DNA from: Octopus bimaculoides | Taxonomy: Eukaryota | Direction: 5' to 3' | DNA: 51,610 bases | Assembly: GCF_001194135.2 (NCBI RefSeq) | Contig: NC_068982.1 | Span: 25,028,483 to 25,080,092 of the forward strand | Part shown: in pieces, positions 24,791-37,290 of the stretch | Layout: each line of letters starts with the position of its first letter | How positions within the stretch are numbered: the stretch's first letter is position 1 | The notes under the pieces: generated by a model | Told to the model about the DNA's origin: nothing | Seen by the model: the letters and a program-made list of their open reading frames with translations, nothing else | The model's database searches: none | Made by a program: the position numbers and the translations under genes

Positions 24791-26715
24791 ACTTAGAATA
24801 TATNNNNNNNNNNNNNNNNNNNNNNNNNNNNNNNNNNNNNNNNNNNNNNNNNNNNNNNNNNNNNNNNNNNNNNNNNTATATAGGGTTAATTTCACTCTCT
24901 ATTGAAAGAGAAAAGGTAAAATTTGTTTGTTCATTGAACAGTTTTATCTGTTCTTATATTGATAATTTGCTGTCATCACGTAGAATTTTAACAGTTTTTT
25001 CTAAAAATATATTAGTCTTTATTTATGATAATAAGCTGATTGCTCATATCGATTTTACATATTACAAAGTTATCGTTAATTTTCAGGCCCTTCAGATCTA
25101 AAAAAAAGATTTTTCATTAGGACATTTTTAGTATTCTATCCCTTTGTTATTTACACTCCTGGATAAGCCTTGCAGTTTGTCATCAGTTTATAATTATACG
25201 TTTATCCGTAATCGTCTCAAGAGTCTGAAGAAATAAATCAATTTCGAAAATTCTTTGTTCTTGCAATATTCTCATTTCATGCGGAAGACTGAATAGAAGT
25301 GTGAGTAATTTGATCAATGCTGAGTGTGGGCAGCGATAAATTAAGGATTTTGTCTTCTTGTGTAGGCAACCATATATACCGGTTATAATGATTACTCAGT
25401 TACCGTATATTTTAATTCTTTGTTTCAGGTGAAAACTTTGCTTGTAAATTTTCGCATTAATGAGTAATGCTCAGCTACTTAAATATGTTTCAATTACCAT
25501 TCTTTTGTTCGTTAAATATCGCAGATAAGTTTAAAGAGTTATTGTTGATCATAACAAGCTTCATTTGTATAATTTATGTGAATGACACATTTATTGTGAC
25601 AGATGCAGAAGAGGCAGGTACAATTAATGAAGATCTCAAAAATGATTCCAAGTTTAGAATTCTAAGTAGCTCTACTCTAAATTCACACAATAATATTACT
25701 CTTCCTGATATGTAAATTCAGGAATAAGAGACAACCAAATTAGCATTTCTTTATACAAAAGCAAGACAAGCGCACAGAGATCATCAATAGTCCCATAGAC
25801 ATAAAATATCAACAGCAAAATCCCGTTGTATGTGAATAGCTAAACAGCCACATGGTAAAATTACTTAAATAAGGAGACTTTATGAGTACAACTAACCTTT
25901 ATTAATAACAGTTACTCAGATATATCAGTGTACATATCTATAGTAAAATTCACATATATATTTGCCTGCACAGACCCATCAGATATAACCGCTACTAAGA
26001 AATACAAAACCTACTGGTGTATATTTTGTTGTATTAACTGAATAGACATCATGCAGATCATAATATTTATCAAGTATAATTGAAGACAAATGAAATTTAT
26101 TATGATGAATAAGATTACAACGAAGCGCCTTTCATTAATGTGCAGTCAGAAACTTCCAAGCCGCAGGTATTTAAACAAAGTAAACTTCAAATATCTATGC
26201 AAAAATGTAAAAATGAAAATTGGTAACGACTTCACACAAATTCTTCCTTCGGATCCATGGACACATTTCCCGGTTGGTTTAACAAGTATAGGCAACTAGA
26301 AAATGTTGTACTCGGAATAGAATTATAAAAATTATTAAAGGGCATCATTAGCACATTATAAAGAATAGTGCTTAAAACAACAACCGACAAGTTTAAGTTC
26401 GGAAAGTTATTAATAGGAAGATCTTTAAAAAAAATCTACATTGACGTACATGTACCTAGATAGGTAAAGTTATACATGATAGTATCAAAACATATATACG
26501 TATATGAATACAATATCCACTCGTGTATGTTGATACAGATACTAAGAAGCTACATGTAACTTTATGTATATAACTTGCAAACACACATGAGCTTACACTT
26601 ACCCACAGACCCACACACGCACTTACATATAGATGCGCACACTCATGCAGGCATTACTCATGCATACACACGAACACATACAAAGAGACAAGGTATTAAT
26701 ATATATATTATACAA

Positions 26716-26932
26716 GACGGTGCGCTAGCAGAAACGTTAGCACGCCGGGCAGATTGTTTAGCAGTATTTCGTCTGTCCTTACGATCTGAGTTCAAATTCC
26801 GCCGAGGTCAACTTTGCCTTTCATCCTTTCGGAGTCGATAGATTAAGTACCCGTTGCGTACTGGTGTCGATCTAATCAACTGGCACCATCCCAAAAATTT
26901 CTGGCCTTGTGCCAAGAGTAAAAAAGAATATT
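26716..26932 (+). mobile_element. SINE family B, near full length
   Basis: tRNA-like head (gagttcaaattcc B-box-like) and A-rich tail; the best copy of the family in the window. Confidence 0.85.
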
Positions 26933-27466
26933 TTTATTATACATTAACTTCGAAGTTTCACAAAGAGAATGGTTTAATCAAACTGTGTACAAGCGTTGTC
27001 CATTAAATCGAACTCTTACTCAGTCAGTCAGACATTCAAACACTTTCACTTAATCTATCACGTTTGTACTTCAGTTTTTCTTTTATTCATGATTCTCTCA
27101 CTCACGTAAAAATTACAAACTTATGTTTTTAAAATGTACCTTGTTTCTCTCCTCCAGACTTAAACTTTCGCAATAAAACTGTAGTTTCTAATATAGCTAG
27201 AATATGTATATTTCGTTTCAAGGCGCTTATCCCATAAACCACTATACCACACATCCGCACAGTCTCACACACAAACTCCTGAAGGTATAGACGAACTAAC
27301 TAGCACGTACAGACACACATACTGCACAAACTAACACACACGCATACACACACACATACACAATGTTCCTCACGCTCGCAAATACTCCGACATATATTTT
27401 CACTGGAAATCATACAGGCATACAAAAACAGAACATAGAAACTAAGTAAGTGATAATCATACATAC

Positions 27467-27544
27467 CTGAAGCAACACTGGTCTACAGTAGACTGGGTAT
27501 ATTTTATTGATGTCACGAATGAGGCCGGAAGAACTGTTACAAAC
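27467..27544 (-). other. Candidate 78 bp internal exon
   Basis: attcactcaatcactcAG|GTTTGT...GCTTCAG|GTATGT. Open in two frames (VCNSSSGLIRDINKIYPVYCRPVLLQ or xFVTVLPASFVTSIKYTQSTVDQCCFx); not recognised. Confidence 0.3.
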
Positions 27545-27694
27545 CTGAGTGATTGAGTGAATAATCAAACAATATATTAGTTACTTGGGCAATTACATAA
27601 CCAATAGAAAAAAATGTTAATAAAGAACTGAAAGAGAACCGAGCGTGTTTCTTATTGATATAATGATCCTCCCAAGGTGCAGCAATGTTTGTGC

Positions 27695-27736
<42 letters not shown>

Positions 27737-27915
27737 NNNNNNNNNNNNNNNNNNNNNNNNNNNNNNNNNNNNNNNNNNNNNNNNNNNNNNNNNNNNNNNN
27801 NNNNNNNNNNNNNNNNNNNNNNNNNNNNNNNNNNNNNNNNNNNNNNNNNNNNNNNNNNNNNNNNNNNNNNNNNNNNNNNNNNNNNNNNNNNNNNNNNNNN
27901 NNNNNNNNNNNNNNN

Positions 27916-27984
<69 letters not shown>

Positions 27985-29216
27985 AATATCATCTCTCTAT
28001 AATATATAACCATTGATACTGTACATCATCGTAATACAACAGCAGATATATATTTCATTTAGGCATACTTTCATATATTTAATGCCAGCTCACACATATA
28101 TATATGTTTACCACAATGATGTAAATGTACGTAATGGGAATATTTATGTAAAATAGAATCCGATATATTTGCGTATATTTCTTCTGGAATTTTCATATCT
28201 ATGTATATTGATATGAATATTTTATGAATATAGACAAATAAATGCATTCATGTCATGATTTATGTAAGGACTTACACACTTATGAACATGTTCGTACATA
28301 CATACACATGCAGGCACATATGTGTGCGTGAGTGTGTGTATATATATTTGTGTTTAAGTATATGTGTTTATATTTATATAGATATATTCATACATACTTA
28401 TTTATCCTTAATATATCTTATCTGCTTTATTTCCGGCAAGATTCTCAACAGAACAGTAGCTTCAAATGAATCAGCAGTTTCTGTCATTGCTTCTTTCAAA
28501 CGAGTACTTATGTTCATATTTCAATGATGTTATCTCTCATACCATCATTTTCATTTCAATTTGAATGAAAGTATCATACTTCCAAACGAAATATATATAT
28601 CTTCCAACATAATTCCAGTCTGAATTTGAGAGAAATTGCTAGTTTTCGAACGGAAGGCTTTCACTTTTTAATTTGATTTATTACGCTGATATCTGAATTT
28701 ATTCCCATTCATTTCATTCAACAATATCAATTTTGATTTGTTTTTTCTTCTCAATTCTTAGAGATGCTTGTAAATAATTTAATTTGTTTTCTCTTCACTC
28801 TATCCCTTGAAGAATGTAAAGAAAACAAAATAAAATTTGACTCTCTTCCATAATTGACAGAAGATAACTGCAAGCATTTATTCTACATATTACAAAAAAA
28901 TTGAATATGCTACTTCAACCATAATTCTTTGCATACATTTAACAATTTAATCCAAAACGGTTTATTAACTTTGGTATCACCGCAAAATATAAATATAAAT
29001 AAACGTGTGTACTTTCGCACATTCCTAACAAACGGTATGGAAATGTATATACATATTCATATGTGCGCGTATATGGTTGTAGATGTGTGGATGTGTGTGC
29101 GCGCGTATGTGTTTGTGTATGTATGCATGTGTGTATGGGTAGTATAAATGTGTTACGTTTAATGCATGTCTCATAGAACTTGGAAAATTCACACTGAATA
29201 TACACACATACATACC

Positions 29217-29281
<65 letters not shown>

Positions 29282-29614
29282 NNNNNNNNNNNNNNNNNNN
29301 NNNNNNNNNNNNNNNNNNNNNNNNNNNNNNNNNNNNNNNNNNNNNNNNNNNNNNNNNNNNNNNNNNNNNNNNNNNNNNNNNNNNNNNNNNNNNNNNNNNN
29401 NNNNNNNNNNNNNNNNNNNNNNNNNNNNNNNNNNNNNNNNNNNNNNNNNNNNNNNNNNNNNNNNNNNNNNNNNNNNNNNNNNNNNNNNNNNNNNNNNNNN
29501 NNNNNNNNNNNNNNNNNNNNNNNNNNNNNNNNNNNNNNNNNNNNNNNNNNNNNNNNNNNNNNNNNNNNNNNNNNNNNNNNNNNNNNNNNNNNNNNNNNNN
29601 NNNNNNNNNNNNNN

Positions 29615-29653
<39 letters not shown>

Positions 29654-29669
29654 TTATCATTTATTTATT

Positions 29670-30038
29670 CATGTACTTGTTTCAGTCACTTGACTGCGGC
29701 CATGTTGGAGAACAGCCTTTCGCCGAACAAATCGACCCGAGGATTTATTCTTTGTAAGCCTAGTATTTATTCTAGTGGTCTCTTTATCTGAACCACTAAG
29801 TAACGCGGACGTAAACACACGAACATTGGTTGTTAAGCGATGATGGATGGACAAGCACAGATACACGCACAGCTACATGCATATATACACATACGACGAG
29901 CTTCTTTCAGTTTCCGTCTACCACATTCACTCGGCTCCGGGCTATAGTAGAAGCAACTTACCCAAGGCACCACGTAGTGAGACTGAACTCAGAACCATGT
30001 GATTGTGGAGCAAGCTTCTTGCCACATTGCACGCTGCA

Positions 30039-30040
<2 letters not shown>
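29670..30040 (-). mobile_element. SINE family A copy
   Basis: Aligns along its length with the other family A copies; the head abuts (TA)n. Confidence 0.85.
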
Positions 30041-30102
<62 letters not shown>

Positions 30103-30112
30103 NNNNNNNNNN

Positions 30113-30168
<56 letters not shown>

Positions 30169-30184
30169 AGAGAGATTGATAGAT

Positions 30185-30223
<39 letters not shown>

Positions 30224-30947
30224 TAGATAGATAGATAGATAGACATAGACATATATGCCTACGTAAATACAAATGCACAGACATGTTTGTATTCATATAT
30301 ACATACACAAACTAACACATTCGCACACACATACACACACATATGTATATGCATTTCCATATCGAATCGTTTAGTTTTCGATATTTATTATTAAGTGTAT
30401 AAATCTCGAAATTAATATAGGTGAAAAGATTTATTGATTTTTACTATTGAAAATGCTAATACCCTAAAACCAGATTTATAGTTATATGAAAAATATTTTA
30501 TATTACATATATAGAGAAAATATCTTCCTTGAACTATATTGAATAGCCACCGATCATTTCAGTCCTAACATTGTTATTTTAACCCCAAGCAACCGTAGTA
30601 AATATGCATATAATATATTCTGACAAATATGTGCAATAGCCCGCTGCACCTTTTAAATATGAAAAGTCATTCTACACAACTATCGGTATTTATATATATA
30701 ATGTTGATATTTTTATTTCATTTTTAGTTATTTTAAAATATGTCGTTGATTTATTCTGTAGCTTCCAACTTTTTATTTGATACGACACTTATAACAAAAG
30801 GAGAATCAAACACACGTAAGTACAGGTACGCATACATACTTCGATCGGGCATTTATCATATATATTTATATATATATATATATATATATAAACGTAATTG
30901 TTCTATTATTCTTTTACATGTTTCAGCCCTAAGAGTGTAGTCATGTG

Positions 30948-30986
<39 letters not shown>

Positions 30987-31496
30987 NNNNNNNNNNNNNN
31001 NNNNNNNNNNNNNNNNNNNNNNNNNNNNNNNNNNNNNNNNNNNNNNNNNNNNNNNNNNNNNNNNNNNNNNNNNNNNNNNNNNNNNNNNNNNNNNNNNNNN
31101 NNNNNNNNNNNNNNNNNNNNNNNNNNNNNNNNNNNNNNNNNNNNNNNNNNNNNNNNNNNNNNNNNNNNNNNNNNNNNNNNNNNNNNNNNNNNNNNNNNNN
31201 NNNNNNNNNNNNNNNNNNNNNNNNNNNNNNNNNNNNNNNNNNNNNNNNNNNNNNNNNNNNNNNNNNNNNNNNNNNNNNNNNNNNNNNNNNNNNNNNNNNN
31301 NNNNNNNNNNNNNNNNNNNNNNNNNNNNNNNNNNNNNNNNNNNNNNNNNNNNNNNNNNNNNNNNNNNNNNNNNNNNNNNNNNNNNNNNNNNNNNNNNNNN
31401 NNNNNNNNNNNNNNNNNNNNNNNNNNNNNNNNNNNNNNNNNNNNNNNNNNNNNNNNNNNNNNNNNNNNNNNNNNTATATATATATATATATATATA

Positions 31497-31675
31497 GGCG
31501 CGGGAGTGGCTGTGTGGCAAGTAGCTTGCTTACGAACCACATTGTCAGGGTTTCAGTTCAGTCCCACTGCATGGCAACTTGGGCAAATGTTTTCTACTAT
31601 AGCTCGGGCCGCCCAACGGCTTGTGAGTGGATTTGGTAGACGGAAACTAGCAGAAGCTAGTATATATATATATAT

Positions 31676-31710
<35 letters not shown>

Positions 31711-31950
31711 CGTGTGTGTGTTTATGTGTCTATATGTTTGTGCGTCCGTGTTTGTCTCCTCCAAATCGCTTGACAACCGATGCTGGTGTTTTTACGTCCC
31801 CGTATCTTAGCGGTTCGGCAAAAGAGACCGATATAATAAGTACTAGGCTTACACAGAATAAACTCTGGGAGACGATTTGCTCGACTAAATGCTGTGCTCC
31901 AGCTGGGCCGTAGTCAAATGACTGAAACAGGTAAACGAAAAAAAGAAAAT
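31497..31950 (+). mobile_element. SINE family A, full length, with internal (TA)n/(TG)n
   Basis: A-box-like TGGCTGTGTGG, B-box-like GTTCAGTCCC, body and A-rich tail. Confidence 0.9.
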
Positions 31951-32095
31951 ATATATCTATACATGTATATTTATTTATTTACTTATATATATATATATAT
32001 ATATATATATACAAGTAAATAAGTTCACCAAGATGAATGCAAAACCACTTAGTAGTTGTTTTCTGAGCCGACATGCATACATATATACATACATA

Positions 32096-32775
32096 CAGGG
32101 GTTGGACATAATAATGAAAACAGCTTAAAATTTCAAAAAATTCAGTTTAATATAGGGTACGACCGCCTTTAGCAATAATTACAGCTTCGTTTCTACGAGC
32201 TATGGACAAAATTTGAATTGTTTCCAAAGGAATAGTTGTCCATTCTTCAGCTAAAACAGTCTCCAGTTCCTGTAGTGATGATGGTGGAGGATCTCGACTC
32301 CTTACCTGTTTCTTCTAAAATGCACCATAAATGTTCTATAATATTGTGATCTGGGGACTGTGGTGGCCAGGTAAGATGTTCAACTTCACTAAAATGTTCC
32401 TCGTGATATTCAGTAACAACTTCAGCTGTGTGAATTAGTGCATTATCATCCTGAAAGAATGCGTTTCCCTCCGGAAATAGTTCTGCAACCATAGGATGGA
32501 TTTGATCTGATAAAATGCTTAAATAGTCTTGACTATTAATTCTGCCATGAACGGGAACCATTAGGTCGGCGGATTTCGAAGATAACCCCCCCCCCCAGAT
32601 CATCACAGATGTTCTTTCATGTTTAACAGTTTGAAGAAGGCAGTCCGGGTCAAATGCTTCCTTTGTCTATCTCCACACGTATACTCGGCCGGTGGTCGGA
32701 AATAACGTAAAGGATGACTTGTCCGAGAATATAACATTCTTCCACGGATCTGTAGGTTTTTACTCCACTCCTCTG
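32096..32775 (-). mobile_element. Tc1-like DNA transposon, 3' half with terminal repeat; DD36E transposase pseudogene
   Basis: WKNVIFSDKSSF...VMIWG...FFQDDNALIH...WPPQSPDHNIIEHLW...GGRTLY*, with 36 residues between the second D and E. The end reads TA|CAGGGGTTGGACATAATAATG. The 5' part is lost in the gap. Confidence 0.92.
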
Positions 32776-34783
32776 NNNNNNNNNNNNNNNNNNNNNNNNN
32801 NNNNNNNNNNNNNNNNNNNNNNNNNNNNNNNNNNNNNNNNNNNNNNNNNNNNNNNNNNNNNNNNNNNNNNNNNNNNNNNNNNNNNNNNNNNNNNNNNNNN
32901 NNNNNNNNNNNNNNNNNNNNNNNNNNNNNNNNNNNNNNNNNNNNNNNNNNNNNNNNNNNNNNNNNNNNNNNNNNNNNNNNNNNNNNNNNNNNNNNNNNNN
33001 NNNNNNNNNNNNNNNNNNNNNNNNNNNNNNNNNNNNNNNNNNNNNNNNNNNNNNNNNNNNNNNNNNNNNNNNNNNNNNNNNNNNNNNNNNNNNNNNNNNN
33101 NNNNNNNNNNNNNNNNNNNNNNNNNNNNNNNNNNNNNNNNNNNNNNNNNNNNNNNNNNNNNNNNNNNNNNNNNNNNNNNNNNNNNNNNNNNNNNNNNNNN
33201 NNNNNNNNNNNNNNNNNNNNNNNNNNNNNNNNNNNNNNNNNNNNNNNNNNNNNNNNNNNNNNNNNNNNNNNNNNNNNNNNNNNNNNNNNNNNNNNNNNNN
33301 NNNNNNNNNNNNNNNNNNNNNNNNNNNNNNNNNNNNNNNNNNNNNNNNNNNNNNNNNNNNNNNNNNNNNNNNNNNNNNNNNNNNNNNNNNNNNNNNNNNN
33401 NNNNNNNNNNNNNNNNNNNNNNNNNNNNNNNNNNNNNNNNNNNNNNNNNNNNNNNNNNNNNNNNNNNNNNNNNNNNNNNNNNNNNNNNNNNNNNNNNNNN
33501 NNNNNNNNNNNNNNNNNNNNNNNNNNNNNNNNNNNNNNNNNNNNNNNNNNNNNNNNNNNNNNNNNNNNNNNNNNNNNNNNNNNNNNNNNNNNNNNNNNNN
33601 NNNNNNNNNNNNNNNNNNNNNNNNNNNNNNNNNNNNNNNNNAGAGGACAGCAGTGTTGAATTCTTTCCTTCACCAAAACCCAATAGCATAATTTTGGCAA
33701 TTTAAAAGGTTAATTAGTCTGGCTGTGTTCCACATGGCCACAAAGAGCAGAAAAAAATCTATAAATTCCTGAAACGGATGACATTTTATTATACCAAATA
33801 TACCGTTCACCCCATCAAACGTCGAGACCATGTGCTGCTTTGGCTTAGAGTCCAAAGGCTTATAGATCCTCAGTGTTCTGACAGGTAAATTAAGTAACAT
33901 ACCCAATGTAGACGAGGATGTCTCTAAAAGAGAGGACCATCATCCAAGTGACAAAGCTCATACAGGAGTGATGATATGAAATCTCACCACGCTGAAGAAA
34001 TCAGCCAAAGAAAAATGATATGTAAAAACACGGCAGTACGTCAACATAGACGCAACCAAATCACTCAAACGAATTAAATAATATGTTTGTGTGTGTGTGT
34101 GTGTGTGTGCGTGTGTTTGTCTTTGTGTGTGCATACATATATACATACATACATACATATATATATATATATATGTGTGTGTGTGTATGTATGTATGTAT
34201 ACATTTATATATATACATATACATAGATATAGAGAGATATAGATAGATATATGTACATATATGTAGATATACATATATACGTACATACATACATACATAA
34301 TACGAAAGCATAGATACTTTTTCAAATTTCGTGTCTCCTTTACTGTTTCCTTTAATATTGCAATACATGATGAGAATATTATTAAAGCTGTGCGAATATC
34401 GAGAAAGAATATAATTATCAATTCGTGGTAGGTCTTACTTTTATATTTTAATACATTTCTATTAGTGCAGTTCAGTTTGACAGCGCGTCTCTTAGAGTAA
34501 CGCACGATAAACAAAAACAAAATATATTTAAGTTTAAGCGAATATTACATGAACGATATATTGTTATGGCTTTGTTTCGCATTGTTTTATTGAATAGCAT
34601 CTGTTACTTTACATGGACTAACTAATAGCAAATATGTTTCAAAGGGAATGATTACCTCTCTTGCAAATGTATTTCATATATAAGAGTGTATAGTATAGGC
34701 GTATATATCAGCATGTACGCTAGAACAAAGTTACACATAATTTAACGTTCATTCTCATCTAGGCTAACTGACAGAAGTTGTAT

Positions 34784-34839
<56 letters not shown>

Positions 34840-35437
34840 GTATGGATATATATGTATGTATGTGTATATATACACATATATGTATGCATGTATTTATTTA
34901 TATATTTGTAATGTTAGGAAAGATAAGAATTTCAATGAAATATGCTGTTTGCAAAATATTGTTATTATCATTCAATCTGCTCTCACGGAGAACGTGTAAG
35001 TGAGAAATATATCAAGATTAAATTTCAGATTATAGATTATTTAGATAAATGATTCTAAATCTTTCACACTTTCTGCAAGTTGGAATAAATCGTTGAGTAT
35101 AACATATATTTTTTAAACTAAAAGTATGAAAGTTAATAATATATTACGATATACTTTTGTTGGCACTCACACATACACACGCATATGAATTTATTTCATC
35201 GGAAATTCAGCCAAATGAATTACGATTTATCTCAATTCATTTGATGATAAACGAATATCATGGGAGAGATACAAACACGCCTATGTAATCACGGCAATAT
35301 GCGGCGAAAATACAAACACACAGATACACGCACATAAACATACACACAAGCGTACATAAGTATTCGTTCATAATCTTCTTTCATAAAACCCTCACTATAT
35401 ACTTACTACGAAAGTTTAATTTGAATTATTAAACGAA

Positions 35438-35569
35438 ATGCTACTACATATATAGAAGCTTTTCTACATGTATAGAACACTCACTCATATAGATGTACTC
35501 TATATGCTGCTACATATATAGAAGCATTTCTACATGTCTAGAATACTCACTCATATAGATTTACTCTAT
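35438..35569. repeat. 66 bp tandem duplication with decayed tagaagtact sub-repeats downstream
   Basis: atgctactacatatatagaagc...gtactctat occurs twice with about 5 substitutions. Confidence 0.85.
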
Positions 35570-36786
35570 ATCTAGAAGTACTCTATGATGTATAGAAGTA
35601 CTATTATATATAGATATTTTTAGAAGTACTACCACATATATTGATGGAAATTTTTGGAAGTCATCTAATTCGAAAATAAGGGTACCAGTAGAAACTTTCG
35701 CTTAATTATAATATGTATTTTTCCTATTCTGCATTCCTATATTGGAAAATATATTACTGTGTATTGATATAAAATTTATTGTTTATAGATGCACAATTAA
35801 TTAGTCGAATATATCTCTTTCATTGAATGTCCTACTGTCTTGCTCCCAGGTGTGGTTCCTGCTAACACTTACGGTGGAGGTCATAATTTCTTATTAAAAG
35901 TGAAAAATATTTTGTTTCCCAACTCCAAACTAATCTTTGAAATATGACTTATACAATTATTGCGTTTTATTATCCTCAACGCCTCGTAAATTCCCAAACG
36001 TTAACAATTTATTACAAATTTTACAAATTTTTAAAGCAGCTTCATATTATTTCCTTAGTGCATAATGTTACTGTACTTGTCAAACTCGGCGGTGGAAAAT
36101 GATATTCGTGTATTAGAGACCGGGGTGGCAGTAAGGGAGGGATTATTCATGCATCTGCATAGATCTAGAGGTATTGGTTTTCTGTTTCAATATGAACTGA
36201 ATGAAGCATAAATTTATCTTTATCATAAGCACCTTGTTGGCGTCTAAACAATTAAAAAGACGAAAGCAATCATGGAAACAACTATAACTTGAAGAGCAAA
36301 AGTAAATTTTAAATGCTAATTTCCAGATGTATATGAGGCACAGTAATATGATCTTGAGTGTAGGCGAATTAAATTTCAGTAACTAAATTTCAGTTATGAT
36401 GTGCCAAAAGTTTTGATCATAGTATGGTTTTACTGTCGCATACTTCCATTATACATATGAAAGTGATTAATTTTCTCTCACCATTTCTCTCTCTTTCTCT
36501 TTATTTCTCTCTCTCTTTCTTTCTTTTTCTTTCCCTCACTTTTTATATATCCGTTCATGCTTGTGAGTGGGGTACATTGACCTCAGGAAAATAACCTAGA
36601 ATCAGTTTTTGACTGCTCAGCCTTCAATTAATCATCTATTATACCTATTACATTATGTGAAGACATTAAACTGGATATGAGCATATATTGCTAAAATAAT
36701 GGCTACGACGATTTTATACCTGCATCCATGAGAAACAGGATCCAAAAGATTACTTCACAATCTACCGAACGAAATAACATAAATCA

Positions 36787-36815
36787 CTCTTACCTATGGA
36801 AATAAATAAAATCAC
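36787..36815 (-). promoter_or_regulatory. Juxtaposed acceptor/donor (recursive-splice-like site)
   Basis: gtgattttatttatttccatAG|GTAAGAG on the minus strand. Confidence 0.25.
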
Positions 36816-37114
36816 ATGGAAGGAGTGAAGATCATTTTAGAAACCAAGTGATTTAGAAAAATATGTTGTAAAAAAGAATTAAACAAAAAATTAAGACGGG
36901 GCGAATGAATATCAAGAAAGACAAATAAATAAAAGCATTACTATAAAGAAGGGAAAGTGACGGGCAGAGCAAAGAAGAAAGAGGAAAACACAAAAGAGGA
37001 AGAGAGCAAAGAGGAAGATAGACGAAAAAGAGAAGAGAGACGAAAACTAAAAGAGGAGAGATTGGAGATAAGCTAGAGAGATTATAATAGTTACATCTGA
37101 TAACTTGTGCGAAA

Positions 37115-37290
37115 TATTAGTTTCAAATTTAGGTAGAAGGCCAATTACGTCGACCTCGGTGCTGGACTGGTACTTATTTTGTCAACCTTAATATGATAAA
37201 AGGTATAATCGGTCTCGGCGGAATTTCAACTCAGTACGTAAAGACAGATGAAACGTCGCTACTTATTTTGCTCAGCATGGTAACAACTGT
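37115..37290 (-). mobile_element. SINE family B copy, degraded
   Basis: Reverse similarity to 26716-26932 (ggtacttatttt...ctcggcggaattt.aactcag.acgtaaagacag). Confidence 0.7.

Noticed and set aside
25467-25715. 82 aa ORF with a hydrophobic stretch
   Set aside because: No family match and weak splice signals.
27460-27500. VDQCCFR resembling an insulin/IGF A chain
   Set aside because: The remaining cysteines, the dibasic site and a B chain are absent; read-through ends in RYV*.
26716-31560. tRNA-like A/B boxes
   Set aside because: They are SINE heads with no cloverleaf or anticodon arm; not tRNA genes.
33650-34070. Possible RTE C-terminal remnant
   Set aside because: Similarity too weak and interrupted by many stops.
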